The position numbers were made by a program, and so were the translations under genes. DNA of 64,000 nt. Origin: Planctomycetota bacterium. Its GTDB lineage: Bacteria; Planctomycetota; UBA1135; GCA-002748355. Numbering within the stretch: position 1 is the first letter of the stretch; every line of letters starts with the position of its first letter. The notes below the pieces were generated by a model. The model searched no databases. It saw only the letters and a program-made list of their open reading frames with translations, and had not been told where the DNA came from. The stretch covers positions 338,027 through 402,026 of the forward strand of contig JACKHW010000003.1 in assembly GCA_020638795.1 (NCBI GenBank), read 5' to 3'. Positions 25,726 to 33,755 of this stretch are shown here, piece after piece.

Positions 25726-27636
25726 ATGACCACGAGCCTACGAACGATCCCTATCCTCCTCGCGGCAATCTGTCCTCAGGTCGTCGCCCAGGCACCATCG
25801 AAGGCGCCACGCATCCACGAGATGCTCGAGTCCTCGGGCGAGGACGTCCGGACGTACGACAGCCACGTGACGACGCTCGCCAACCCGTTTCTCGAGGGAC
25901 GGTTGCCCGGCACCCGCGGCATGGAGATCGCCAAGGAGTACGTCGAGTACTGGCTTCGGCGCGCGGGTGTCGAGCCGGCGTTCGAGGTCGATGGCAAAGC
26001 GAGCTGGCGTCAGCCGTTCTTGCTCGGGCAGAAGAGCACGATCATCAAGAGCGCGGGGCTCGCCGCTGGTGACGCACGGCTCGCGGACGGCAAGGACTTC
26101 GTGCTGACGGGACTCGGCGCCGCTTCGGGCGTCGAGCTCGACGCCGAACTCGTCTTCTGCGGCTATGGCATCGAGAGTGGCAACGACGGATACACGAGCT
26201 TTGCCGAAGACACGGATCTGAACGGCAAGATCGCGGTCGTCCTGCGCTTCGAACCGATGGACGAGCAGGGCAAGAGCAAGTGGTCGGCGCGCGGCTGGTC
26301 GGCGAGCGCCGGTTTGCAACAGAAGCTCGAAGCCTGCAACAAGCGCGGCGCGGCAGCGATCCTGCTCGTCAACACGGCGGGCGCCGATGATCCGCGAAGC
26401 AACCAACTCTACGAGCCTGGAGGCGGCGGAAGCCGTGCGGCTTCGGTTCCGGTGTTTCAACTGACGCCGGATGCGGCCGCGCGCTTCGTCGCTGCGGCAT
26501 CGGGTGACGGCCAGTCACTCGCAGCTTGGACCGCAAAGGCCAACGCGGGCACCGCAGTAGGAAGTATGGGCAAGGCGCACGTCGAAGCGGATCTCGTGCG
26601 TGAGCGCCTTCCGGGTGAGAACGTCGGCGGCGTCGTTCGTGGACGCGGTGGTCTCGCGAGCGAATGGGTCGTGCTCGGCGCACACCTCGACCACCTCGGC
26701 TACGGTAGCTTCGGCTCGCGTCGCGGCGCCGGTCAGCTCCACCCGGGTGCCGACGACAACGCTTCTGGCGCTGCCGGGATGCTGATGATCGCCGACGCCT
26801 ACCGCCGCTGGGCGAGCCTGCTTCCTCAGGACGTCCCACTGCGTAACGTGCTCTTCATCGCGTTCAGCGGTGAGGAGTCGGGACTCGTCGGTTCGCGCCA
26901 CTACGTCAAAGAGCCGATCGCGCCGCTCGACAAGCATGCGCTGATGATCAACTTCGACATGATCGGGCGCATGAAGGACGAGCGCTTGTCCGTCTCCGGA
27001 ACGCGGAGTGCGGCGGGCATGGAGGAATGGCTCGACCCGATCCTCGAGGCGAGCGACCTGACGATCGTCGAGAACGCACTCGGTTTCGGCGGTAGCGATC
27101 ACCAGGCGTTCCTCGCGAAGCGCGTCCCGTATCTCTTCTCGATCATCGCCGACTTCCACGACGACTATCACACGCCCGACGACGTCTCCTGGAAGATCGA
27201 CCGGGAGGGAGCCGTCAAGGCCGTGCACCTCTACACCAAGATCGTCGAAGCCGCGGCGATGCGCAGCGAGCCGTTCGTGTGGCAGGATCGTCAACCGCGT
27301 CGCACGAAGCCGGCCGGTGATACGGAGAGCAGTGCGCCGGCCCCGTCGCGCGCGTCGATGAAGGTGCGCTTCGGCATCAAGCCCGGCAACTACGCGGATG
27401 ACGAGGACGGCGTCCAGGTCGACGGCGTGACGCCGGACACCCCCGCCGCCAAGGGCGGAGTTCAGGAAGGCGATCGTATCGTCACGTGGAACGGCGAGAA
27501 GGTCGGCGACATCCGCGACTGGATGACGAAGCTGATGAAGCACGACCCGGGAGACAAGGTCAAAGTCGGCGTCCTGCGTGACGGCAAGAAGGTCGAACTC
27601 GTCGTCGAACTCGAAGCGCCGAACACGGGCCGCTGA
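25726..27636 (+). CDS. M28 family metallopeptidase with PA domain and C-terminal PDZ domain
   Basis: Contains HLDHLGYG, GADDNASGAAGMLMIA, FSGEESGLVGSRHY and GGSDHQAF. The PDZ-like tail is GVQVDGVTPDTPAAKGGVQEGDRIVTWNGEKV. The start is the ATG at 25726. Confidence 0.8.
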   Translation: MTTSLRTIPILLAAICPQVVAQAPSKAPRIHEMLESSGEDVRTYDSHVTTLANPFLEGRLPGTRGMEIAKEYVEYWLRRAGVEPAFEVDGKASWRQPFLLGQKSTIIKSAGLAAGDARLADGKDFVLTGLGAASGVELDAELVFCGYGIESGNDGYTSFAEDTDLNGKIAVVLRFEPMDEQGKSKWSARGWSASAGLQQKLEACNKRGAAAILLVNTAGADDPRSNQLYEPGGGGSRAASVPVFQLTPDAAARFVAAASGDGQSLAAWTAKANAGTAVGSMGKAHVEADLVRERLPGENVGGVVRGRGGLASEWVVLGAHLDHLGYGSFGSRRGAGQLHPGADDNASGAAGMLMIADAYRRWASLLPQDVPLRNVLFIAFSGEESGLVGSRHYVKEPIAPLDKHALMINFDMIGRMKDERLSVSGTRSAAGMEEWLDPILEASDLTIVENALGFGGSDHQAFLAKRVPYLFSIIADFHDDYHTPDDVSWKIDREGAVKAVHLYTKIVEAAAMRSEPFVWQDRQPRRTKPAGDTESSAPAPSRASMKVRFGIKPGNYADDEDGVQVDGVTPDTPAAKGGVQEGDRIVTWNGEKVGDIRDWMTKLMKHDPGDKVKVGVLRDGKKVELVVELEAPNTGR

Positions 27637-27654
27637 ATTCGACGCGCTGATCGT

Positions 27655-28875
27655 TCACTTCAGGATCGTGAACTTGACGGCGTTGGACCCGGAAGCGGCG
27701 ATGACCGAGCAGCGATCCGCCCAGAGGAATTGCGCGTAGAGCGTGAGTCCGACGAGCCCTCCGTCGTTCGGAATCGGCAATCTCGTACGCGTTCCTCCAC
27801 CACTGTCGGAGGCGACAGGGAGCCACAACGTCGCCGGATCGAACGGATCGATGTTGAGGTTCAGCACGCCGAGGAACAACACGGGAGGCTCCGCACTCTT
27901 GATCCCGAGCACGAGACGCCCGAACGTTGACGGCAAGGTGTTGGCCTCCGTGATCGCGAAGCTCGCATTGCCGAGCGTCGGACTGCCCGTCACACCGACG
28001 CGCGGGTTGCCGAGGCAACCCGGTGTTGCGACACCATAGAACATGACGCCGGGCATCGTGACCGCGCTGAAGCCCGTCACGGGGGCCTGCACAGGCAGGA
28101 TCGACAAGAAGGTCGTCCTGCCGTTGGTCAGGTCCACTTCGAACAGCGCGCTGCTCGACACGTTCTGGCCAGGCGACGTCACGACCAAGTAGCCCTTGTC
28201 GTCGGTTCCGGCGATGTCGAACGACACGTTCTCGCCAACGTTGATGCCGAGTGAACCGACGGTGTTGAGGACGCCCGCGTTCGGTGGATCTTGGCGAACG
28301 AGCGTGTCGAAGTTGCTGTCGATCCCGTACAGCACGGTCGTCGTGACGTTCGCCCGCGAGTTCGTGTATGCGCTGGCGACAATGTTGGGGTTCAAGCCGA
28401 ACTTCGCATCGTTCGCGGCATACGAGAGCGTTCCGTCGACCGCGACGACCGCGCCGGTGTCCGGATGGGCTCGCAGATCTTGATCCGCATTGGACGTGAT
28501 GCGGATGCGATCGACGGTCGGATTGAAATCGAAACCGAAGCTCGAGCCATTGAGCGCCGGCGAGAGCGTCGCGCCTACCGGCGTGGCGGCGCCGTTCGTC
28601 ACGTCGATCGTGTAGATGCGATGGCTGCTGCCGAGTGCGTACAGCGCCGGCTGATTCGCGGCGGATGCCGGTCGGAAGTCGATGCCGAGGATCTGTTCGT
28701 CCTTGGCGAGACCGGTGATCTGCGAGTCGCTGACGACACGTCCCGGCAAACCGATGTTGACGCGCACGAGGTGCATGTCCTCGGTCGTCATGAAGAAGTC
28801 TTGTGCGAACAAGCAAGGCGACGCAATCGACACCAATGCTGTGAGGGAACGGGCGAGAGTCTTGGAAGTCTTCAT
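27655..28875 (-). CDS. DUF4394 domain-containing secreted protein
   Basis: Contains GIDFRPASAANQPALYALG...FGFDFNPTVDRIRITSNADQDLRAHPDTGA. The ATG at 28875 overlaps the upstream stop (ATGA). Confidence 0.8.
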   Translation of the reverse strand: MKTSKTLARSLTALVSIASPCLFAQDFFMTTEDMHLVRVNIGLPGRVVSDSQITGLAKDEQILGIDFRPASAANQPALYALGSSHRIYTIDVTNGAATPVGATLSPALNGSSFGFDFNPTVDRIRITSNADQDLRAHPDTGAVVAVDGTLSYAANDAKFGLNPNIVASAYTNSRANVTTTVLYGIDSNFDTLVRQDPPNAGVLNTVGSLGINVGENVSFDIAGTDDKGYLVVTSPGQNVSSSALFEVDLTNGRTTFLSILPVQAPVTGFSAVTMPGVMFYGVATPGCLGNPRVGVTGSPTLGNASFAITEANTLPSTFGRLVLGIKSAEPPVLFLGVLNLNIDPFDPATLWLPVASDSGGGTRTRLPIPNDGGLVGLTLYAQFLWADRCSVIAASGSNAVKFTILK

Positions 28876-29570
28876 GTGCGTTCGTGGAAGAAAGGGAGTG
28901 TGGGGTCGAAGGGCCGAGGCACACCGCGGGCGGTGCGTTGGGCGAAGAGGAATCGGTAGATGAACAGGGTGAGAACGACACCCAGCGACGCGCCGAGGTA
29001 GGTCCACCGGCACGTGGATGTCGACGCTGAAGACGATGCCGTGATGGGTCCGAGCGCAAGCTCGCACGTCGGGTGTTCGGCATCGAGCAGGCAGCCCCGG
29101 TGCTCTCGACCAGCCGCCACGTCGGACACGATCACTCGATGCCCTCGAGGTAGCGAATCGAAGATCCGCGCTTCGATCGACACGCGATCGACATTCGTGG
29201 CAAGCGCGAACCGACCGACGAGCACGAAGGCCGAATCACTTGGCTCGAACCGCATCGACCAGGACTCGGCGATCTTTCGATCGATCTCGAGGGATCGCGC
29301 CGTCATCGAGCGAAGGCACTCGAGACGGAGCGCGCGATCCTCGTTCGTGAGCGTCCCGGCGGGCGACGAGGCAAGGCTCTCATCGTGCACGGACCACGAA
29401 ACGTCGAGGAACGCCGGCGTAGTGGCGTTGCGTCGGACATCGAGCGTACTGAGCCCCGGGTCGTGTGGTGGCACCGCTCGCGCTGTGACGCTGAGCAAGG
29501 TTCCGGACAGCAAGGGCAAGAGCGCTGCCGTACGTGAAATCGAGCGTGGCATCGAGCGAAGGAGGACCAT
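28872..29570 (-). CDS. hypothetical protein with signal peptide and a single C-terminal TM
   Basis: Starts MVLLRSMPRSISRTAALLPLLSGTLLSVTARA and then reads VPPHDPGLSTLDVRR.... The C-terminal TM is YLGASLGVVLTLFIYRFLF. No family was recognised with confidence. Confidence 0.45.
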   Translation of the reverse strand: MVLLRSMPRSISRTAALLPLLSGTLLSVTARAVPPHDPGLSTLDVRRNATTPAFLDVSWSVHDESLASSPAGTLTNEDRALRLECLRSMTARSLEIDRKIAESWSMRFEPSDSAFVLVGRFALATNVDRVSIEARIFDSLPRGHRVIVSDVAAGREHRGCLLDAEHPTCELALGPITASSSASTSTCRWTYLGASLGVVLTLFIYRFLFAQRTARGVPRPFDPTLPFFHERT

Positions 29571-29591
29571 GGTGCGACTCGCTCGAGAACC

Positions 29592-31040
29592 TCAATCGTG
29601 ACGGTGATTGCGGCCGTTGTGCGGTACCCCGCCGTACGGGAACACCTTGTTGTAGACCGCATCGTTTGCGTCCACGTTGTCGCCCGCCAAGCGGATGACT
29701 GGAGGACTCGTACGCAAGTCGCTGATGACGGCCGAGACTCCGATGTCGATGACGTCGTCACCGAACCTCCTGCCGTTGGGCCACCCACTCGGCACTTGAC
29801 CCTGAGCGAGCGGGCTATAGCTCGTGTCACCACCGAAAATCGAGAGGCGTGAATAGCCAGGATCGTCGGGGGTCGCGACGTGGTTGGGTCCACCACCGGC
29901 GAGCGGCACCGGATTCGTCGAGAGGTCGACCTTGATCAGGTCGGGAATGAAGATGCCCACGAGATCCGAACGGTTCGTTTCGATTCCGGGGATCGGGTTG
30001 CCCTTGAAAACGATGGCGTTGAGTAGTTTCGCGAGCTCGGGGCTATCCGCGTACTTCTTGAAGACGAGAGGATCGTCACTCGGCGGGCAGCGGTTGTAGA
30101 GATCCTTGTCGGCGATCGCGACGAACGCCTCACAGAACAGCGGATTGCCCTGACGACCGATCTGGACCCAATCACCGACTTCGATATCGCCGAGCGACTT
30201 GATTCGAACCGTGAACGTCTTGCGATACGTCGTTGCCCACACTCCGACCTGTTGCCTGTCACCGCCGAGCTGTGCCATCGGGACCGACAGGTTGATCGTG
30301 TGGACATTGAAGCCGCGTTGAGAGTCCCGAGCCGCTCCCTTGCCCCGCAGCTGGAGCAGGTCGAACACGGCTTGAATGTCGCCGTAGAACCCGTCTTCGC
30401 GTTGGCCACACCAGCTGTAATGGCCCGTCGCGAGCGCAGCCACGGTCTGGCGTGTGTATTTGTCGAGCTTCGTGACGCTATCGACGCCGATCTTGGCGAG
30501 GCCTTCACCCTGTGCCGTGTTGTACTCGGGAGTCGCAATGCCTTGATTGTTGGGTGGGACCACGCCCGACCCGAGCCTCACGACACCACTCGAGGACACA
30601 CGCGTCACCGCGTACCGCTGCGTGCGGTTCTGATCCGCGTCGTCGACGTCGTTGATGACACCGAGGTACGACTGGAGGATCGTGCCCTGCGTCTTGTACG
30701 AAGTCTTGAACTCGAAGAAGTAACTGATCGTCGGCAGGCCGCGTGCCACGTCCTTGCCGGTAGCGACGTGCAACGCGTAGAGCACGCGATCGTCGAAGTC
30801 GTATTTGTTCGGGCCGATTCCCGGATCCTCGAACGGATAGACCGATACCGCCATCTGCAGGGCTTTCTGGCCGGAGGGATCCTTGCCGACGAACGCATAC
30901 ACGTCCGTCGTATTCGCGGCGTCGTCGAGCGTGATCAACGGCGCGTCCATGTGGCTCGACGCCATGGCCGGAGCGGCCAGTGCCGCGAGTGACGCCATCA
31001 GACCTGAATACTTGATTGAGTGCCTCGAGAGCATCGTCAT
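29592..31040 (-). CDS. DUF4331 domain-containing secreted protein
   Basis: The mature N-terminus ASSHMDAPLITLDDAANTTDVYAFV matches the SSHREAP...D.TD.YAF hallmark. The start is the ATG at 31040 or 31034. Confidence 0.85.
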   Translation of the reverse strand: MTMLSRHSIKYSGLMASLAALAAPAMASSHMDAPLITLDDAANTTDVYAFVGKDPSGQKALQMAVSVYPFEDPGIGPNKYDFDDRVLYALHVATGKDVARGLPTISYFFEFKTSYKTQGTILQSYLGVINDVDDADQNRTQRYAVTRVSSSGVVRLGSGVVPPNNQGIATPEYNTAQGEGLAKIGVDSVTKLDKYTRQTVAALATGHYSWCGQREDGFYGDIQAVFDLLQLRGKGAARDSQRGFNVHTINLSVPMAQLGGDRQQVGVWATTYRKTFTVRIKSLGDIEVGDWVQIGRQGNPLFCEAFVAIADKDLYNRCPPSDDPLVFKKYADSPELAKLLNAIVFKGNPIPGIETNRSDLVGIFIPDLIKVDLSTNPVPLAGGGPNHVATPDDPGYSRLSIFGGDTSYSPLAQGQVPSGWPNGRRFGDDVIDIGVSAVISDLRTSPPVIRLAGDNVDANDAVYNKVFPYGGVPHNGRNHRHD

Positions 31041-31048
31041 CTCCTGGA

Positions 31049-32359
31049 TCAAGAGTCGCCGAACGACTTCCGCAGAAGCGTCCGTTCGGAAGGGAACAAC
31101 ACGTGCTGCACCGCACGTACCCGCTTCACGAGGTCTTGGACCTCGTCCGGAGATGCGTTGGCAGCACGAGCCACGAGTGCACCGTGCAGCAGAAGTCGGG
31201 CGTCCGGATTTCCCGTCGCGAGTACCTCCTGCGACATGGTCCATGCCTCCGCATAGTTGCCGCGACGACTGAGCGCGAACGCCATCGCACTCTTCGTCAT
31301 CGCGTCACACCGTTGTTCGAGTTCGCGCTCGAGCAGGCCATGTGCATCGTCGAGTCGCCGATTGCGAGTCGTCAGGTACAGCGCGAATGTGCGCGGGTCG
31401 TCTCTCGACCCGCTCGCCTCGAGGGATGACTCGACGCTGCGAGCTCTCGATTCGTCGCCCGATGCTCGGAGCGTATCGGCGAGCGCCCATCGGTACTCGG
31501 GAAGCGGCGCGTACTCGACAGCTCGTTCCAAGTCGACGATCGCGTCGCGCGTGCGGCCCAGTTCGTTCGCGATCGCGGCACGTACGAGAAGAGCGCCAGG
31601 GGAAGCCTCGAACGTGGACAGCGCTTCGGAGGCCCATTTGCGCGCTCGCTCGAGATCGTGACGATGAAACGCGAGGCGTGCGAGTCCGGTCAACGCCCAC
31701 GCGAGCGCCTCGGGTGCCCGTCGACTACCGGCGGCGACGGCATTCTCGAACAATTCGAGGGCGCCGTCGATATCGCCGGCGAGCCATCGCACATGGCCCG
31801 CTCGCACATACGACTGAAGGCATGGACGCAAGTCGAGCATGCGTTGATACGCCTCCGACGCTTCGACGACGGCGCCGCGATCCACGAGCACATCGCCGAG
31901 AAGCCCCCAGTCGAACGGGTTGCCTCGCATTCCGATGAGCTCACGAGCGATACGCTCGGCATCCACGAACTCGTGCATGCTTTGTGCTGCGTGTCCACGG
32001 ATCAGTAGCCCGGAGGGACGAGACTCGCCAGCTAGGCACAACGCGTTGCCGCACGCGCGAGCGATGCGATAGAAGCCGTCGTCGTGCGCTTCACGCGCCT
32101 TGGCGACGAACATCCAAGCGAGCTTCTCGACAAGGACGTCGGCACGCCCCGAAGACGCGATATCCGATTCGATGCGAGTTTGTACATCGCGAATGTCGGC
32201 ATCGAGAGCGGATTCGCCACGATGCTCGATCAGTGCAAGGCTCAGTGCTTCGCGCATGCGGGACGGCTTGTTCGAGTTCGCCGCACCCACCGCATCGAAG
32301 TCGCACGCAACGAGCGAGAGCGTGCACGTCAGAAAGGCGATCCGGTTGCGTGTCTGCAT
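31049..32359 (-). CDS. TPR-repeat lipoprotein
   Basis: The ATG at 32359 gives MQTRNRIAFLTCTLSLVAC (lipobox), followed by multiple TPR-like helices. The track start 32371 is a GTG that lies inside the predicted -10 box, so 32359 is preferred. Confidence 0.65.
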   Translation of the reverse strand: MQTRNRIAFLTCTLSLVACDFDAVGAANSNKPSRMREALSLALIEHRGESALDADIRDVQTRIESDIASSGRADVLVEKLAWMFVAKAREAHDDGFYRIARACGNALCLAGESRPSGLLIRGHAAQSMHEFVDAERIARELIGMRGNPFDWGLLGDVLVDRGAVVEASEAYQRMLDLRPCLQSYVRAGHVRWLAGDIDGALELFENAVAAGSRRAPEALAWALTGLARLAFHRHDLERARKWASEALSTFEASPGALLVRAAIANELGRTRDAIVDLERAVEYAPLPEYRWALADTLRASGDESRARSVESSLEASGSRDDPRTFALYLTTRNRRLDDAHGLLERELEQRCDAMTKSAMAFALSRRGNYAEAWTMSQEVLATGNPDARLLLHGALVARAANASPDEVQDLVKRVRAVQHVLFPSERTLLRKSFGDS

Positions 32360-32366
32360 CACGCAA

Positions 32367-32399
32367 AGCACTACGTTCCGAGCCGCAATGCGGATTCAA
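32367..32399 (-). promoter_or_regulatory. ECF-type promoter candidate P-tpr: TTGAATCCGC-N13-ACGTAGTGCT
   Basis: On the minus strand, TTGAATCCGC is at 32399-32390 and ACGTAGTGCT at 32376-32367. Both 10-mers and the spacing are identical to the box upstream of the ECF sigma gene. Confidence 0.6.
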
Positions 32400-32437
32400 G
32401 TTCGCATCGAGCAGCGTGACATCACGCTGCGATGAAT

Positions 32438-33067
32438 TCAGGCAGCGAACTCGTCGTAGAGGGACGTTCGAATCAACAACAAGCAACCGTTGCGCGTGAA
32501 CTGTTCCTCGTGCCTCGTCCCAGCAGGTGCGTGTTCGTAGTCGCCGCTCCGCATCTCGCTGACCGTCGTACAGAGATCGCCTTCGAGCACGAAGCACTCC
32601 TCACGACCGGCATGGACATGTGCGGGAAAGCGCGCACCGGGATCCATTTGCACGAGACAAGTCATGCGGCCTTCACGCTCGTCGACGAGCAATCGCCGCA
32701 TTCGTATGCCGACGATCGCCGTGGTCTCCCACGCAGTCGATTCTTCGGGTACGCGCGGTGCGATGAAGTACTCGTCGACCGAGCGTCGAGCCGACGACGC
32801 GACCTTGGCAAGAAGCGGGCTGTTGCCGGTAGTGCGCCGCGCGCGTGCCAGGACCCAGGAACGCACGGAATCTGGCACCGAGCGTACTTCGAGCCGCCGG
32901 ACGACTTCGTCGTAGAGAATTGACAGTTTTTTGACGAGCCTCCTGCACGACGAACACTCGCGTTGATGTCGGTCGTAGCTCGCCGCAGATTCGTGGTCGA
33001 ACTCACCGAGTACGAACACGATCGCGTCGTCGCGATGGCTGCATTCGTTCTCCACGAAATCGTTCAT
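32438..33067 (-). CDS. chrR: ChrR-like anti-sigma factor (zinc-binding ASD plus C-terminal cupin)
   Basis: The ATG at 33067 overlaps the sigma stop (ATGA). The HQRECSSC segment gives the Hx3Cx2C ZAS motif. The cupin tail is FPAHVHAGREECFVLEGDL...YEHAPAGTRH. Confidence 0.8.
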   Translation of the reverse strand: MNDFVENECSHRDDAIVFVLGEFDHESAASYDRHQRECSSCRRLVKKLSILYDEVVRRLEVRSVPDSVRSWVLARARRTTGNSPLLAKVASSARRSVDEYFIAPRVPEESTAWETTAIVGIRMRRLLVDEREGRMTCLVQMDPGARFPAHVHAGREECFVLEGDLCTTVSEMRSGDYEHAPAGTRHEEQFTRNGCLLLIRTSLYDEFAA

Positions 33068-33666
33068 GCGTCGTGCGCCTCGTTCTCGAGCAAACTTCTC
33101 AATTCCATTAGGCCTCGCCGGATCCACGTCTTCACGGTACCGATCGGCAAGTGGCTTCGCCGTGCGATCTCTTGATGCGTCAATCCATCGAGAAACGCGG
33201 CCAGGATCACGGATCGACGCTTCTCCGGAAGACGACCGATCGCGCGATGCAGGCGTTTTGCCTCTTCTGCGTGTTCGTATTCCAGTGCGGGATCGGCCCC
33301 TTCCGCGCGTAGGTCACGATCGTCGACATCGCAAGTCGAGACGGACTGTCGGCCACGCGACCGCAACACGTCGAGGCTCCGACTCTTCGTGAGCAACCAG
33401 AGCCAGTTGGTGACGGTCCCGCGAGCCCGATCGAACGTCGACGCGCGTTCCCAGACCGATTCGTAGACAAGGGCTGTCACCTCCTCGGCAAGTTGGCGAT
33501 CGCGTACGACACGGAGCGCGAGTCCGAAGACAGATCGGCTAGTCGCATCGAAGAGACGCTCGAACGCATGAGACGAACCAACCACGACCCCGTCGAGAAG
33601 CTGGCAGAGCAGGGCGTTGTCGAATCGCGCGGATCCGTTCTCGTGCACGCTCACGCGATCCATCAT
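33064..33666 (-). CDS. ECF RNA polymerase sigma factor (RpoE/ChrR-partner type)
   Basis: Region 2 is FERLFDATSRSVFGLALRVVRDRQLAEEVTALVYESVWERA. Region 4 is LDGLTHQEIARRSHLPIGTVKTWIRRGL. The start is the ATG at 33666. Confidence 0.85.
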   Translation of the reverse strand: MMDRVSVHENGSARFDNALLCQLLDGVVVGSSHAFERLFDATSRSVFGLALRVVRDRQLAEEVTALVYESVWERASTFDRARGTVTNWLWLLTKSRSLDVLRSRGRQSVSTCDVDDRDLRAEGADPALEYEHAEEAKRLHRAIGRLPEKRRSVILAAFLDGLTHQEIARRSHLPIGTVKTWIRRGLMELRSLLENEAHDA

Positions 33667-33702
33667 GAGTTTCGAGTTCGCTTCCCGGGCCGGGTCATCC
33701 TG

Positions 33703-33735
33703 AGCACTACGTCGTGCCGACCCGGGCGGATTCAA
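33703..33735 (-). promoter_or_regulatory. ECF-type promoter candidate P-sig (autoregulatory): TTGAATCCGC-N13-ACGTAGTGCT
   Basis: On the minus strand, TTGAATCCGC is at 33735-33726 and ACGTAGTGCT at 33712-33703. The -10 box ends about 37 nt upstream of the sigma ATG. Confidence 0.6.
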
Positions 33736-33755
33736 AAAACTCGAAATGGGACTCC

